From: Candidatus Iainarchaeum sp.
GTDB taxonomy: Archaea > Iainarchaeota > Iainarchaeia > JAADDC01
Length of the DNA: 64,000 nucleotides
Direction: 5' to 3'
NCBI GenBank assembly: GCA_030445695.1
Contig: JASUTF010000001.1
Span: 882-64,881 of the forward strand
The position numbers were made by a program, and so were the translations under genes. The notes beneath the pieces were generated by a model. The model searched no databases. It saw only the letters and a list, made by a program, of their open reading frames with translations, and was not told the DNA's origin. Below, piece by piece: positions 54,242 through 63,134 of the stretch; the stretch's first letter is position 1, and the number at the start of each line of letters is the position of its first letter.

Positions 54242-54436
54242 ATGAAGCAGAACGTTGGAATGGTGGACCGAGTCGTCAGGGCTGTTGTGGGGCTTGTGGC
54301 ACTCTACTTTGCATACTTTGAGGCGACGGGGGCGTGGCAGATTGTTCTTTACGTTGTTGCGGCTGTGGGCATCATTACCGCGCTGACCGGCTACTGTGCA
54401 CTCTACGCGGTTCTCGGGATAAATACGAAGAAGTAG
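54242..54436 (+). CDS. DUF2892-family small membrane protein (YgaP-like)
   Basis: 'MVDRVVRAVVGLVALYFAYFEATGAWQIVLYVVAAVGIITALTGYCALYAVLGI' matches the two-TM DUF2892 pattern. ATG 54242 lies inside the longer ORF-track frame 53927. Confidence 0.5.
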   Translation: MKQNVGMVDRVVRAVVGLVALYFAYFEATGAWQIVLYVVAAVGIITALTGYCALYAVLGINTKK

Positions 54437-54817
54437 TCACTTCAGCAGGACAACGTTCGTCATGCCCCTTCTTCTCCTCTCAACGAATCCGCGGGCCTCC
54501 AGTTTGTCCAGGATTCTGGACACCTTGGACTTGGAGAACCCCGTTTTCTCCACTATGTCGCTCTGGAACATGACTCCCTCGTTCTCCTTGAGCAAGTCCA
54601 CGATTGCCTTCTCGTCCTCCCCAAGTTTTGCACCGTCCACTGCGTAACCCTTCCCGGAGGGGCCCTTCAGGGCAAGGTACCCGCCGATACCAGCCATCAA
54701 GAGCGCCAGCGTAATTCCAATGTATATATGAATGGGCAGCGTACCCCTGTGCGTGCAATAAACATCATGGAACTCTCCGCATGCCATCTCACAGGACTTG
54801 TTGGTTATATTGTACAC
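54437..54817 (-). CDS. Membrane-anchored winged-helix transcriptional regulator with an N-terminal Cys/His cluster
   Basis: N-terminus 'CEMACGEFHDVYCTH', one TM helix 'IYIGITLALLMAGIGGYLAL', then wHTH 'FQSDIVEKTGFSKSKVSRILDKLEARGFVERRRRG' (MarR/TrmB-like). Confidence 0.5.
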   Translation of the reverse strand: MYNITNKSCEMACGEFHDVYCTHRGTLPIHIYIGITLALLMAGIGGYLALKGPSGKGYAVDGAKLGEDEKAIVDLLKENEGVMFQSDIVEKTGFSKSKVSRILDKLEARGFVERRRRGMTNVVLLK

Positions 54818-54912
54818 TCCGCTGCGTATGCAGCCACGATGGTGAGGAAAATGACGCCCACGGCGGTAAGCACGTACCCCATTTCCCTGGTGAGGCGCAT
54901 GTATTAACGGTG

Positions 54913-55413
54913 TTACGAACCTGTTAAAAGTATGGGTGCCCCCAACTGTGCGAGAATGCTCAGGATTATTAGTGTAAGCACGGTCAGAACTATTGTCTGA
55001 CGTGGGAACAGTGCCCGCCTGTATTTCAGCAGGAGTTTCAGGCTTATTTTCGGCATTACATACGTCACAGCAGCCCCTACCACTATTCCTATTACCATTT
55101 TATCTATTCCAAATACCATGTAACGCAGGTCCCCCAGGATGTCCGCCAGTTTAAGCCCGTAAACTGTCAGCGCTACCGCTGCTGCGGACAGAACCGCGTT
55201 CTGGTACGGGAACACCTGTTTCATCTTCCTCGCAGCTACCATTGTGGACGATACAACAACTGCTCCCACCCACAGGCCGAACACCATGTCGTCCAGTCCC
55301 AGGAACCTGCTGATTACGGCGCCCGTTCCCACGGCTGCGGTACAGAGGGGGCAGTGTGCGAGCGCACTGGGGATTGCCAGAGCCAGCACAAAAACAAGCA
55401 GGGTGCTGCGCAT
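54913..55413 (-). CDS. Integral membrane protein with an extracytoplasmic 'HCPLC' motif
   Basis: Signal/TM 'MRSTLLVFVLALAIPSALAHCPLCTAAVG' followed by 4-5 TM helices. ATG at 55413. Confidence 0.45.
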   Translation of the reverse strand: MRSTLLVFVLALAIPSALAHCPLCTAAVGTGAVISRFLGLDDMVFGLWVGAVVVSSTMVAARKMKQVFPYQNAVLSAAAVALTVYGLKLADILGDLRYMVFGIDKMVIGIVVGAAVTYVMPKISLKLLLKYRRALFPRQTIVLTVLTLIILSILAQLGAPILLTGS

Positions 55414-55591
55414 GTCAGCACCCTCCGACCATTCCTGGAAGGTTGGTAAGCCTTTCTGCCACCGGCTGGGCAGAACTGCCCGCAACACTACTTATCCCAG
55501 TAATTGCCCAGGCCTGCACGGCCATCAGCACCACGATTACCGCGAGCAGTCCTATAAGCACCAAGTATGTTTTGTTGTCCATCTTATCACC

Positions 55592-56035
55592 TCAGACACG
55601 CATGTACTCCTTTACATTCTCTCCCTTGACGGAGTATATTATGAACGGTCCAGTTTTTGGCCCTGGCATCCCGGGAGAGCCAGAGGGCATCCCCGGGAGC
55701 GCTATTACATCTACGTCTGGCATCTCTTCCAGCACCTTTTCTATCACTTCCACGGGAACGTGCCCCTCGATGATGTAGTCCCTGATTTTTGATGTGTGGC
55801 AACTCTGCAGGCCCTCTGGGATCTTCGCGGCGGTCTTCACTGACTCCATATTGGGCGTCTCTTTATACTCCACTTCGAATCCCCTCGCTTCAAGGTATTT
55901 TCCGTACTCAATGCAACACTTGCACGTTTTTGAGTAATATAGTTCTACCACCCTTCCGCTGGCGTTCCTCGGGAACAGGAGGAGGGATATGGCGAGAATC
56001 CCCACCACCGCGAGCAGTAGTCGCCTCATCAGCAA
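55592..56035 (-). CDS. CopG/DUF411-family thioredoxin-like metal-binding protein
   Basis: Signal peptide plus 'YYSKTCKCCIEYGKYLEARGFEVEY' C-x-C-C motif characteristic of DUF411/CopG. Met/Pro-rich 'PGMPSGSPGMPGP' segment. Confidence 0.55.
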   Translation of the reverse strand: MLMRRLLLAVVGILAISLLLFPRNASGRVVELYYSKTCKCCIEYGKYLEARGFEVEYKETPNMESVKTAAKIPEGLQSCHTSKIRDYIIEGHVPVEVIEKVLEEMPDVDVIALPGMPSGSPGMPGPKTGPFIIYSVKGENVKEYMRV

Positions 56036-56733
56036 CCACCCACCATTCCCGGCAGGGCGCTTATCTCAGAGGGGTCCTTCCCTGCCACCTGTGCAGCTAG
56101 GGCAACCATGGGCTTCGGGAAGAACAGCGCTTTCCATCTCAGGACTTCCCTGAGAATCTCTGCATCGCTGTAATCCGTGTCTTTTATGAGGGCCATTGTT
56201 AGTGCCTGGAGCGCGGGGTTGTGCTGGCACCCGCAGCGTAATTCGCCCGTCGGTGTGATGCCCACAGGCCCAACGCCACAGCAGAACTCACAACTTATTC
56301 CCACGGGCTTTGTAGCAAGGTTTAGGTATCTGTTCCACTTTTCAGGGTCTTTCTTTAGTTCTTCCTTGAGTTTGGAGTAGCTCCTGTAGAGGTAGTTGAG
56401 GGAGTTAACGGGGTCGTCGTAGGATATGGGGATTTTGTCAGCGTATTCTGGCGTCCCGCTCGGTATTATTGCGTTTGCAATCTCCAATTCGCTCCTTGCC
56501 GACTTCAGCTCAGGAAATACGAGGAGCATGCTCATGGCCGTGGATGTTGACTTGCTCACATCCACGTTTGATATGTCCGTTTTACCCGAGAACCGCAGGA
56601 TTTGGTTCCCCGTAAGCTTTGCATACGTTGTGAGGGTGACCGCCGTGCTGTATCCAGCCAGTATCGCGGCCACAGCAAGCAAACCTATAATTACCTTCTG
56701 CAAAGTGTCCCTGTCTGCCATTGCGCCTGCCAT
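56029..56733 (-). CDS. Membrane-anchored Cys-rich protein (CEFCCG...CGCQH), function unknown
   Basis: N-terminal TM 'VIIGLLAVAAILAGY', then 'GISCEFCCGVGPVGITPTGELRCGCQHNP' six-Cys cluster. ATG 56733 chosen to avoid overlap with the upstream UDG gene. Confidence 0.4.
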   Translation of the reverse strand: MAGAMADRDTLQKVIIGLLAVAAILAGYSTAVTLTTYAKLTGNQILRFSGKTDISNVDVSKSTSTAMSMLLVFPELKSARSELEIANAIIPSGTPEYADKIPISYDDPVNSLNYLYRSYSKLKEELKKDPEKWNRYLNLATKPVGISCEFCCGVGPVGITPTGELRCGCQHNPALQALTMALIKDTDYSDAEILREVLRWKALFFPKPMVALAAQVAGKDPSEISALPGMVGGC

Positions 56734-56806
56734 GTATACTCTCTTTCTGAAACGGGCTATATGAATGCGTTTGCAACACCTGTTCTTTGCTGTTGCAGTG
56801 ATGGTT

Positions 56807-57424
56807 TCAAACGGTTTCAAACAGTTTTGCCACTCCTCTCTTGAACGTCTTTGCACCGCCGTGTGCCGGATGCCGAACGTACTTCGCTTCCACTCCAATG
56901 TCTTGCAACGCCCTCTCCGCTGTTCTCCCCACGGCGATTACTATCTCCGGCTGAAACGTGTCCAGCACCTCTTTCAGAATCGGAGCGAACGCCTGCACCT
57001 CGGAACGCTTCGGGCTTCTGTTATGGTAACCGTCCTTTTGAGTGGGCTGCACCATCACGGCGTTCCAGAGCAAGACAGGTTCACCAAGTTCGAAAATCGT
57101 ATCCCAGACCATCTTTGCAGTGATTTCAGACATCGCCTTTGTCCTCGTCGCTTTCTTTAGTTCCACTTCCAAAAATTCAGATATTTTTGGCAGAAGAACC
57201 TCTGAGCTCATGGGTACTCCCGTTCTTCGCATTCCTCTGTATCCCGGCGCCTCTGCAATGAACGCGATTCGCGGGCGCAGTTTGTGCATCGCCTCAAGGT
57301 ACCTTTCCAAGTTCTTTCTCCGTATTTCCGGGGCGTTGGGCAGGTCGTGCTTCTCATCCACGTCAGAAAAAGGGTTGAACGTGTTTGGGAGCCGTGTTTC
57401 AGCGATTTTATTCGCCAACGACAC
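56807..57424 (-). CDS. Uracil-DNA glycosylase superfamily protein (family 4/5-like, no Fe-S cysteines seen)
   Basis: 'IAFIAEAPGYRGMRRTGVP' resembles the UDG motif A (G/AEAPG). C-terminal 'HPAHGGA' resembles the motif B region. Confidence 0.55.
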   Translation of the reverse strand: MSLANKIAETRLPNTFNPFSDVDEKHDLPNAPEIRRKNLERYLEAMHKLRPRIAFIAEAPGYRGMRRTGVPMSSEVLLPKISEFLEVELKKATRTKAMSEITAKMVWDTIFELGEPVLLWNAVMVQPTQKDGYHNRSPKRSEVQAFAPILKEVLDTFQPEIVIAVGRTAERALQDIGVEAKYVRHPAHGGAKTFKRGVAKLFETV

Positions 57425-59237
57425 GATTGACTTCCCCCGGGTTAGTCATGAATGTATTTATGCCGCAGCGTGTTTGGGCGCGTGCTGCTCCGTCACTTTT
57501 AACATGCTCCGTCACTTTTAACATCCTATATATTCCCACGCCCATAAGTGCGGATGCAGCCGCTAGGAACGCAGCAGATGTTACAAACAATGTTATTATT
57601 TCGAAGCCCTCCGCGAATGCCAGCATTACAAATCCCGCGGCGAAGAATACGAGAGATAGAAGCATATACCCAATGCCCCTCGCCGTGTGTTTCTGCACGT
57701 GTTTCGGGGCGTTTATCATCGTTTCCACGTATCTGCTGATTCCTGCGTACGTTTCCCTGACGATGGAGTAGAGCGGATATATTATCACGAGCATCCCGAT
57801 GACGAAGATGGTCCCCGCGCTCTCAGGATATTCTGTTGCGGCGTATCCGGTCAGGTATGCCACGGCAAAGATTACTGCGAGGTATTCCAGCAGTTTTTGG
57901 ACCTTTTTCTCGAACAACGCGCCCAGCACAGGGTTCCCTAAGAGTGAATCGTGGGCTGCATGGACTTGGAGAACGCTCTGGGACACGTCTGCCACCCTTT
58001 TGATGATTTTGGGGGTGCTCTTTTTTACAATTTTCTCCAGGATTTCCAATCTGTTTGAGAAGTATGCCGCCACCACGGTTGTCGCGAAGATGATAATGTA
58101 GAAAGCCCCCAGCAACTCAGAGGAGAGGGCCGGCACAATACTTGCCTGTTCTGCGGTCATTCCGAAGTATTTCAGGACGTTGGGATTGGTGAAGTCGAGC
58201 ATCTGAAGCATGGATAAGAAGAATAGTGAGAACTCACCCAGCGGCGTCATGAGAACCTGTATCTTTGCTATGGATTTTGGTTTTAGTCCCCCCAGCGTGC
58301 CTACGATGTTTACGGAGTAGACGGGCACCACAAGTAAGAAGAGCCCTATTGCAGCCACGAGGAGCGACGTTGTGGAGAACGTTACGTGGTACGCCACGCC
58401 AAGGGACGTGAAGAATATGAGTACGAACATATTCCTCAGCGAGGCGAGTTCCTGCTCAAGGCGCTTGGCGTGCACCGTTTCGGAGAGAATCATCCCAAGG
58501 AAGAACGCGGCTATGAGCGGGGACATCCCTATATAACTGGCGCTATATGCCACGATGAGTATGAGGGATGTTGCCAGCACCGCGAAGTTCTCCTTTGAGA
58601 CGAACTTGTCAAAGAAGCGGAGTACGCGTTTTGACAGGCGTGGGCCAATTGCCAGGAGAATAAATGCAAAGGTTATGGAGTTGAGCACAAGCTTCCCAAC
58701 GGGAACCCCCGTCGTGGCGCCCAGGAGGTATGCGATAATGAAGACAGAGTATATGTCCTCCAGTATCTGCATTCCAAGGGCAATGTGTGCCTCTTTATCC
58801 CTTTCCCAGCCCTTCTCTATGATTAGTTGTGCCGTTATCGCCGTGGAAGACACTGCAAACGCTGCGCCAAGGGCGAAATTTACTGCAAACGGGAACCCCA
58901 GAATCTTACCCAGTGTAAATCCGAGCAGGAACCCGATGCTGCTCTTAACGGGAGAAATCATAAGGGAGTAGATGCCTGATTTGCTGAACTTCTTGATGGA
59001 CACCTCCAGACCCATGTAGAAAAGCAGGAGCACCATGCCCAGTTCCGAAAGGTACTTCTGGATTTCTGAGCTTGATACGATGCCGAACATGTTCGGACCG
59101 AGAAGCAGGCCTGCCAGCAGGTATCCGAACACCGAGGAAAGGCCCAGTTTTTTCGTAATCTTGCCGAGGATGACCGCGGAGAATAGGAGTATGCCCAGTT
59201 GCAGAAACATGCTCGTGGTCGCAGCGTCTGCAGCCAT
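57408..59237 (-). CDS. Cation:proton antiporter (CPA2/KefB-like) with an extended C-terminal membrane domain
   Basis: 13+ TM helices. 'GYLLAGLLLGPNMFGIV' N-terminal CPA2 motif. Confidence 0.6.
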   Translation of the reverse strand: MAADAATTSMFLQLGILLFSAVILGKITKKLGLSSVFGYLLAGLLLGPNMFGIVSSSEIQKYLSELGMVLLLFYMGLEVSIKKFSKSGIYSLMISPVKSSIGFLLGFTLGKILGFPFAVNFALGAAFAVSSTAITAQLIIEKGWERDKEAHIALGMQILEDIYSVFIIAYLLGATTGVPVGKLVLNSITFAFILLAIGPRLSKRVLRFFDKFVSKENFAVLATSLILIVAYSASYIGMSPLIAAFFLGMILSETVHAKRLEQELASLRNMFVLIFFTSLGVAYHVTFSTTSLLVAAIGLFLLVVPVYSVNIVGTLGGLKPKSIAKIQVLMTPLGEFSLFFLSMLQMLDFTNPNVLKYFGMTAEQASIVPALSSELLGAFYIIIFATTVVAAYFSNRLEILEKIVKKSTPKIIKRVADVSQSVLQVHAAHDSLLGNPVLGALFEKKVQKLLEYLAVIFAVAYLTGYAATEYPESAGTIFVIGMLVIIYPLYSIVRETYAGISRYVETMINAPKHVQKHTARGIGYMLLSLVFFAAGFVMLAFAEGFEIITLFVTSAAFLAAASALMGVGIYRMLKVTEHVKSDGAARAQTRCGINTFMTNPGEVNRVVGE

Positions 59238-59260
59238 GGTTCAATAATCTTGACATGGCT

Positions 59261-59533
59261 TTATATATCGTGCTTGTTAGTCCTGAGCCGAATAACTGCC
59301 CAGATTGCAAAGAGCCAGAACAGCAGTAGTTCGGCGATGCAGTTGGGGCTGTTCAAATCGCAGGAGAGGCAGGACGCCCTGAACGTTATACAGTGAATGA
59401 TAAATAGCGTCACGATGCCTGCCACTGGAATGATAAGGTCCTTTTTGCCGCTCTCAATCACTGCACGAATCAGAACGTAACCGAGACCGAGCGCAATGGC
59501 CAGATGGAAGAGGAAGAGCATCACGGCACCCAC
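59261..59533 (-). CDS. Small membrane protein with a 'CLSCDLNSPNC' motif
   Basis: 90-aa 3-TM ORF overlapping the ccdA stop. Function unknown. Confidence 0.35.
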   Translation of the reverse strand: MGAVMLFLFHLAIALGLGYVLIRAVIESGKKDLIIPVAGIVTLFIIHCITFRASCLSCDLNSPNCIAELLLFWLFAIWAVIRLRTNKHDI

Positions 59534-60069
59534 CTCCAGGACGCTCCGGCCAAGTACGCAAGGTAATAGCTCACCAGAACGAGGAGAAATACGGACGCGT
59601 GTTCAATCCACTTGCTCTTGCTCACAACAGTATTTACGCTCTTCAGTATAAAAGCGACCACTGCTATGGGCGTTACAATGCCCAGGGCAAAGAGGAAAGC
59701 GTTCGCAATTGCCGTCACCCAGCCGAAGGATGTTGTGGCAGTGGCCACGGCAAAGCCAATGGAGCAGGGCGACAGTGCCAGCCCGTAAAGCGCGCCGGAT
59801 GATGGAATTCCGAAGCTCTTGCCTGTATATATGCTGTATGCCGAGTAGAACGTCACTCCCGCTGCGATGAGTAGGAGAATGGGCTGCAACCACTCGAAAT
59901 ACTGGTAAACCGCGGCGAAAAAGAGGTTGAGCAGTGCGAAGAGGAGGAACTGAGCCAGGAAGAACTCAGCAACGAATCTGTATTTGTTCTTTTTGCTAAC
60001 CAGAACGGCAAGCACGGGAAGAACACAGCCACTCAGACCCGCAAAGAATCCGTTTACGTAGGCGAGCAT
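59521..60069 (-). CDS. ccdA: Cytochrome c biogenesis/thiol-disulfide transporter CcdA (DsbD core) family
   Basis: 6 TM helices with the two conserved membrane Cys 'GLSGCVLP' and 'LSPCSIG'. Confidence 0.7.
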   Translation of the reverse strand: MLAYVNGFFAGLSGCVLPVLAVLVSKKNKYRFVAEFFLAQFLLFALLNLFFAAVYQYFEWLQPILLLIAAGVTFYSAYSIYTGKSFGIPSSGALYGLALSPCSIGFAVATATTSFGWVTAIANAFLFALGIVTPIAVVAFILKSVNTVVSKSKWIEHASVFLLVLVSYYLAYLAGASWRWVP

Positions 60070-60506
60070 GTTCCCACCGTGTTGTCTTTGTTTACGGCAC
60101 AGCCGCTACCACTTATCCCCCACAGTTCTGTTTTTTCACCTGCCAGCGCCTGCTTTATCGTCTCGTAGTCCTGCTCACCTCTTAGTACCTTTCCTGTTTT
60201 CGTTATCACTAGGGTCGGAGTTTCCGTCACGTTGTATTTCTTTGTCAGTTCAGGATACTTGAACACGTTGAACGCGGAGACGGAAATACCCTCTGAAACG
60301 AGTTTCTGTATTGTGGGAATCTCTGCAATGCAGTGGGGGCACGTGGGTTGGTAGAACACAAGGATGTCAGCATTCTCATCCTTCGGTAGAAGTGCGTAAA
60401 ACATTGTGGAGTTCGCCAGACCCGCTGCAAAGGAGAGGATGAGTCCGACGCCGGCGAGAAGCATTATCCACCGCGGGCCCATCTCTGTGGACAGGGAGAA
60501 GTCCAT
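60054..60506 (-). CDS. Membrane-anchored extracytoplasmic thioredoxin-like protein (TlpA/ScsC-like, CPHC active site)
   Basis: N-terminal TM anchor, 'LVFYQPTCPHCIAEIP' thioredoxin CxxC motif. Overlaps ccdA by 16 nt. Confidence 0.65.
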   Translation of the reverse strand: MDFSLSTEMGPRWIMLLAGVGLILSFAAGLANSTMFYALLPKDENADILVFYQPTCPHCIAEIPTIQKLVSEGISVSAFNVFKYPELTKKYNVTETPTLVITKTGKVLRGEQDYETIKQALAGEKTELWGISGSGCAVNKDNTVGTCSPT

Positions 60507-60525
60507 CAGAACTTTAACGGCGTTA

Positions 60526-61536
60526 ATGGTTATAAAAGGTCATCTCCTTGCTTGTTCTGTGGGTATCCTTCGCTTTGATGACCTTGTTCATGGCGAGTTC
60601 GTTTCCCGTCCCAATCGTTTCCTTGCAGTCGTGCGGGTGGAAGGGGAAGAGAGAAAAGCCCACGTGCATGACCCCGGCCGATTGCCCGAGTTGCTCATTC
60701 CCGGTGCTCCTGTGCTTCTTCTCCCCAAGAAAGGGCCGAAAACGGACTTTCATCTAATCGCGGTTTACAGGGAGGGCTACGGATGGGTGTTCCTTCACTC
60801 GGGATACCACTCGCTCATCGCCCAGAAGCTCATCGAGTCCCGTTTTCTTCCCGAATTCAGGGACGCGGTGGCTTATGGCAAGGAGTTCAAGATTGACAAT
60901 CATCGCATCGACTTTGTCATCTCATACCACACGGGAGACGTTCTGATGGAGGTGAAGGGCTGTACATTCTTCAAGGACCGTCTCGCCCTCTTCCCCGACG
61001 CACCGACTAAGAGAGGAGCGGGGCACGTCAAGATACTTTCTGAGTACGGCGATTCCATCCTTTTGTTCCTCAGCATGAACGATAATGTTGATTACTTCGC
61101 CCCAAACGCTGATACGGACAAAATTTTCCACAAGGCGGTTCTCGAGGCGCTGGCAAAGGGCGTTCACGTTATTCCTGCCACTTTCTCCTTCGACGGGAGC
61201 ACACTTCGTCACGTGGACAGAATCCCCTTCGTTTCAGACCCGTACGACGACGAACTGTTCTCCCTGGCAAATATCGCGTCTGAAGCGGCAGAAGAATATA
61301 CAGAACGGTTCGGGCCGGAGGCCAACGCTGTTCTTGCGGGAGTTTCGCGGATAGGCGGTGTCCCGTATATCCATGTTGTTTTCTATGGGGTTTTCTGCCA
61401 ATCGTGCGGGCTGTATGACTATTTCGACGACTACGGATTAGTCCTTGGGGATTATGGTGTTCCTTCCGGGCCAGAAGACGTCAAACAGTTTGGAAATACG
61501 TACGTGGTTCGATTTAAGGTGAAAGAAGTTCAATAA
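60526..61536 (+). CDS. sfsA: SfsA-family protein (sugar fermentation stimulation protein A homologue) with a C-terminal Cys-containing extension of about 90 aa; start uncertain (60526-60559)
   Basis: 'VSRPNRFLAVVRV...HVHDPGRLPELL...DFVISY...EVKGCT...GAGHVKIL' align with SfsA motifs. The tail has 'FCQSCG'. Confidence 0.55.
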   Translation: MVIKGHLLACSVGILRFDDLVHGEFVSRPNRFLAVVRVEGEERKAHVHDPGRLPELLIPGAPVLLLPKKGPKTDFHLIAVYREGYGWVFLHSGYHSLIAQKLIESRFLPEFRDAVAYGKEFKIDNHRIDFVISYHTGDVLMEVKGCTFFKDRLALFPDAPTKRGAGHVKILSEYGDSILLFLSMNDNVDYFAPNADTDKIFHKAVLEALAKGVHVIPATFSFDGSTLRHVDRIPFVSDPYDDELFSLANIASEAAEEYTERFGPEANAVLAGVSRIGGVPYIHVVFYGVFCQSCGLYDYFDDYGLVLGDYGVPSGPEDVKQFGNTYVVRFKVKEVQ

Positions 61537-62266
61537 GTTCTTCTCCGGCATGTCCGAACGCTTTCTTTATTTTTTCATGGACTTCTGGGTTTCCGCTCAG
61601 TGCCGGCCAGAGGATGGAGTCGATGTGCAGCGGGGGCACTCCCGACTTTTTTGCCACCTCGTTCCAGAAGGGTATCGGCTTTCCTGCTCCGAGTTTCTCC
61701 GTGAACTTCTTGATTCTTGAGTCGACGGGGATTGGAATTTCAAAGGGATACGGAATGAACTTCCCATTGGCGATGCGCATGGCGTAGCCGAACATCTTGA
61801 CGGCGAAAACAGTGGTTTTCGTGTTTCTCGGCGTCCCGAGTATCTGTGCAAGGTCTTTCCAGAGCTGCACCATGTTCTCGTAGTATTTTTCTGGTCGCAT
61901 GGCCAGCAGGAAGTTTTCCATCTTCTCTAACCGCTTAACCTTTATGTTCGCGAGGCGTTTGTTGGTTCTGCTCTTCGGAAGGAACTCTGCGTACGCAGCG
62001 CTTAATCTCTCTGTGACTGGGTGCTCGGAGAACCAGCGTGCGAACTCCCACCACCACTCCTCGCCCTTCCCGGATAGCTGATAGGATACTAACGCGTTTG
62101 CAGTGACGAGGGGCACGAATGCTCTTTTGTCGTCCATCTTTTCGTAGAGAAACATCAGCGCTTGGAACTGCGGGTCGATGTGCTCTTCTATGTATCTCGC
62201 ACCGTCGACACCGATCTCTCCGATCACCCTTGCTATGTGCACAATAACGCATACGTATAGAACCAT
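61514..62266 (-). CDS. agog: Archaeal 8-oxoguanine DNA glycosylase AGOG (N-glycosylase/DNA lyase)
   Basis: 'IARVIGEIGVDGARYIEE...LVSYQLSGKGEEWWWEFA...VKMFGYAMRI...IPIPVDSRI...GVPPLHIDSILWP' is near-collinear with Pyrobaculum AGOG. Start is probably GTG near 62242. Confidence 0.8.
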   Translation of the reverse strand: MVLYVCVIVHIARVIGEIGVDGARYIEEHIDPQFQALMFLYEKMDDKRAFVPLVTANALVSYQLSGKGEEWWWEFARWFSEHPVTERLSAAYAEFLPKSRTNKRLANIKVKRLEKMENFLLAMRPEKYYENMVQLWKDLAQILGTPRNTKTTVFAVKMFGYAMRIANGKFIPYPFEIPIPVDSRIKKFTEKLGAGKPIPFWNEVAKKSGVPPLHIDSILWPALSGNPEVHEKIKKAFGHAGEELIELLSP

Positions 62267-62296
62267 TTTTTATTCAGGAATCTCTACTTTATACAT

Positions 62297-62644
62297 ATGG
62301 ACCGCTACCTTGTTGCTGCGGTTGCCCTTGGCGTTGCTCTTGTTCTGCTGGTTTTCACGGAGATGGCGTATCAAGTCCGCGATGCCGAAACAACGTCGTT
62401 CCAGACGCGAATGATCACGGTGCACTGCAAGACGGTCTTTGAGGCGAATGGATCACCGTTCCCTGGCGTTATGATCTACGGTGAGGGCAGCTCAATCTCT
62501 GACGGTAACGGGAACTGCACGGTTCAGGCAGAAGGTGACGGTTTCGTCCGGCTGATCGTGTATCCGCCAAACGGTGGCCAGAAGGTGGTAACGGTCCCTG
62601 TGTCTCCGGAAGAAACAGAAGTAAACGTTGTAATCCCGATCTGA
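62297..62644 (+). CDS. Small secreted/anchored hypothetical protein (115 aa)
   Basis: N-terminal hydrophobic segment '[16 protein letters not shown]', then a Gly/Asn-rich beta-like domain. No motif. Confidence 0.35.
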   Translation: MDRYLVAAVALGVALVLLVFTEMAYQVRDAETTSFQTRMITVHCKTVFEANGSPFPGVMIYGEGSSISDGNGNCTVQAEGDGFVRLIVYPPNGGQKVVTVPVSPEETEVNVVIPI

Positions 62645-62648
62645 CTGC

Positions 62649-63077
62649 TCATTTCAGCTCCTCCACCAGCACCGCAGGGCAGACGCGCATGACGCCCTCG
62701 ATGGACTCCAACTTCCGGACGAAGCGGACCATCTCGTCGCTGTCGTGGAACCAGCACTCGATCATGATCATGTGATCTCCCGTCGTGCTCTTCATTCTCT
62801 TGACCTCTGGCATGTTCTTGACCGTTTCTATGACCTTTACGTACTGCTCCGGCTCTATATCGAACCCGATCTCCGCCACGATCTTGTAGCCGATCCTTTT
62901 AGGATCTATTATTGCTCTGTACCCCTTGATTATGCCCTCCTCTTCCAGCTTCCTGACCCTTTTGCGCACTGCTGCCTCTGTAACGCCGAGACGGCGGGCG
63001 ATCTCCGTGTATGGCATCCTTGCGTCCTGCATGAGGAACTCAATGATTGCAAGATCTTTCTCCGATATTCGAACCAT
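62649..63077 (-). CDS. Lrp/AsnC-family transcriptional regulator
   Basis: N-terminal HTH '[12 protein letters not shown]...[30 protein letters not shown]' plus C-terminal RAM domain. Confidence 0.85.
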   Translation of the reverse strand: MVRISEKDLAIIEFLMQDARMPYTEIARRLGVTEAAVRKRVRKLEEEGIIKGYRAIIDPKRIGYKIVAEIGFDIEPEQYVKVIETVKNMPEVKRMKSTTGDHMIMIECWFHDSDEMVRFVRKLESIEGVMRVCPAVLVEELK

Positions 63078-63134
63078 GTTACAATTCGCATCGAACTGAA
63101 TTTAAAGGTTTTCGAACTTACTAATCGTGAGGTG

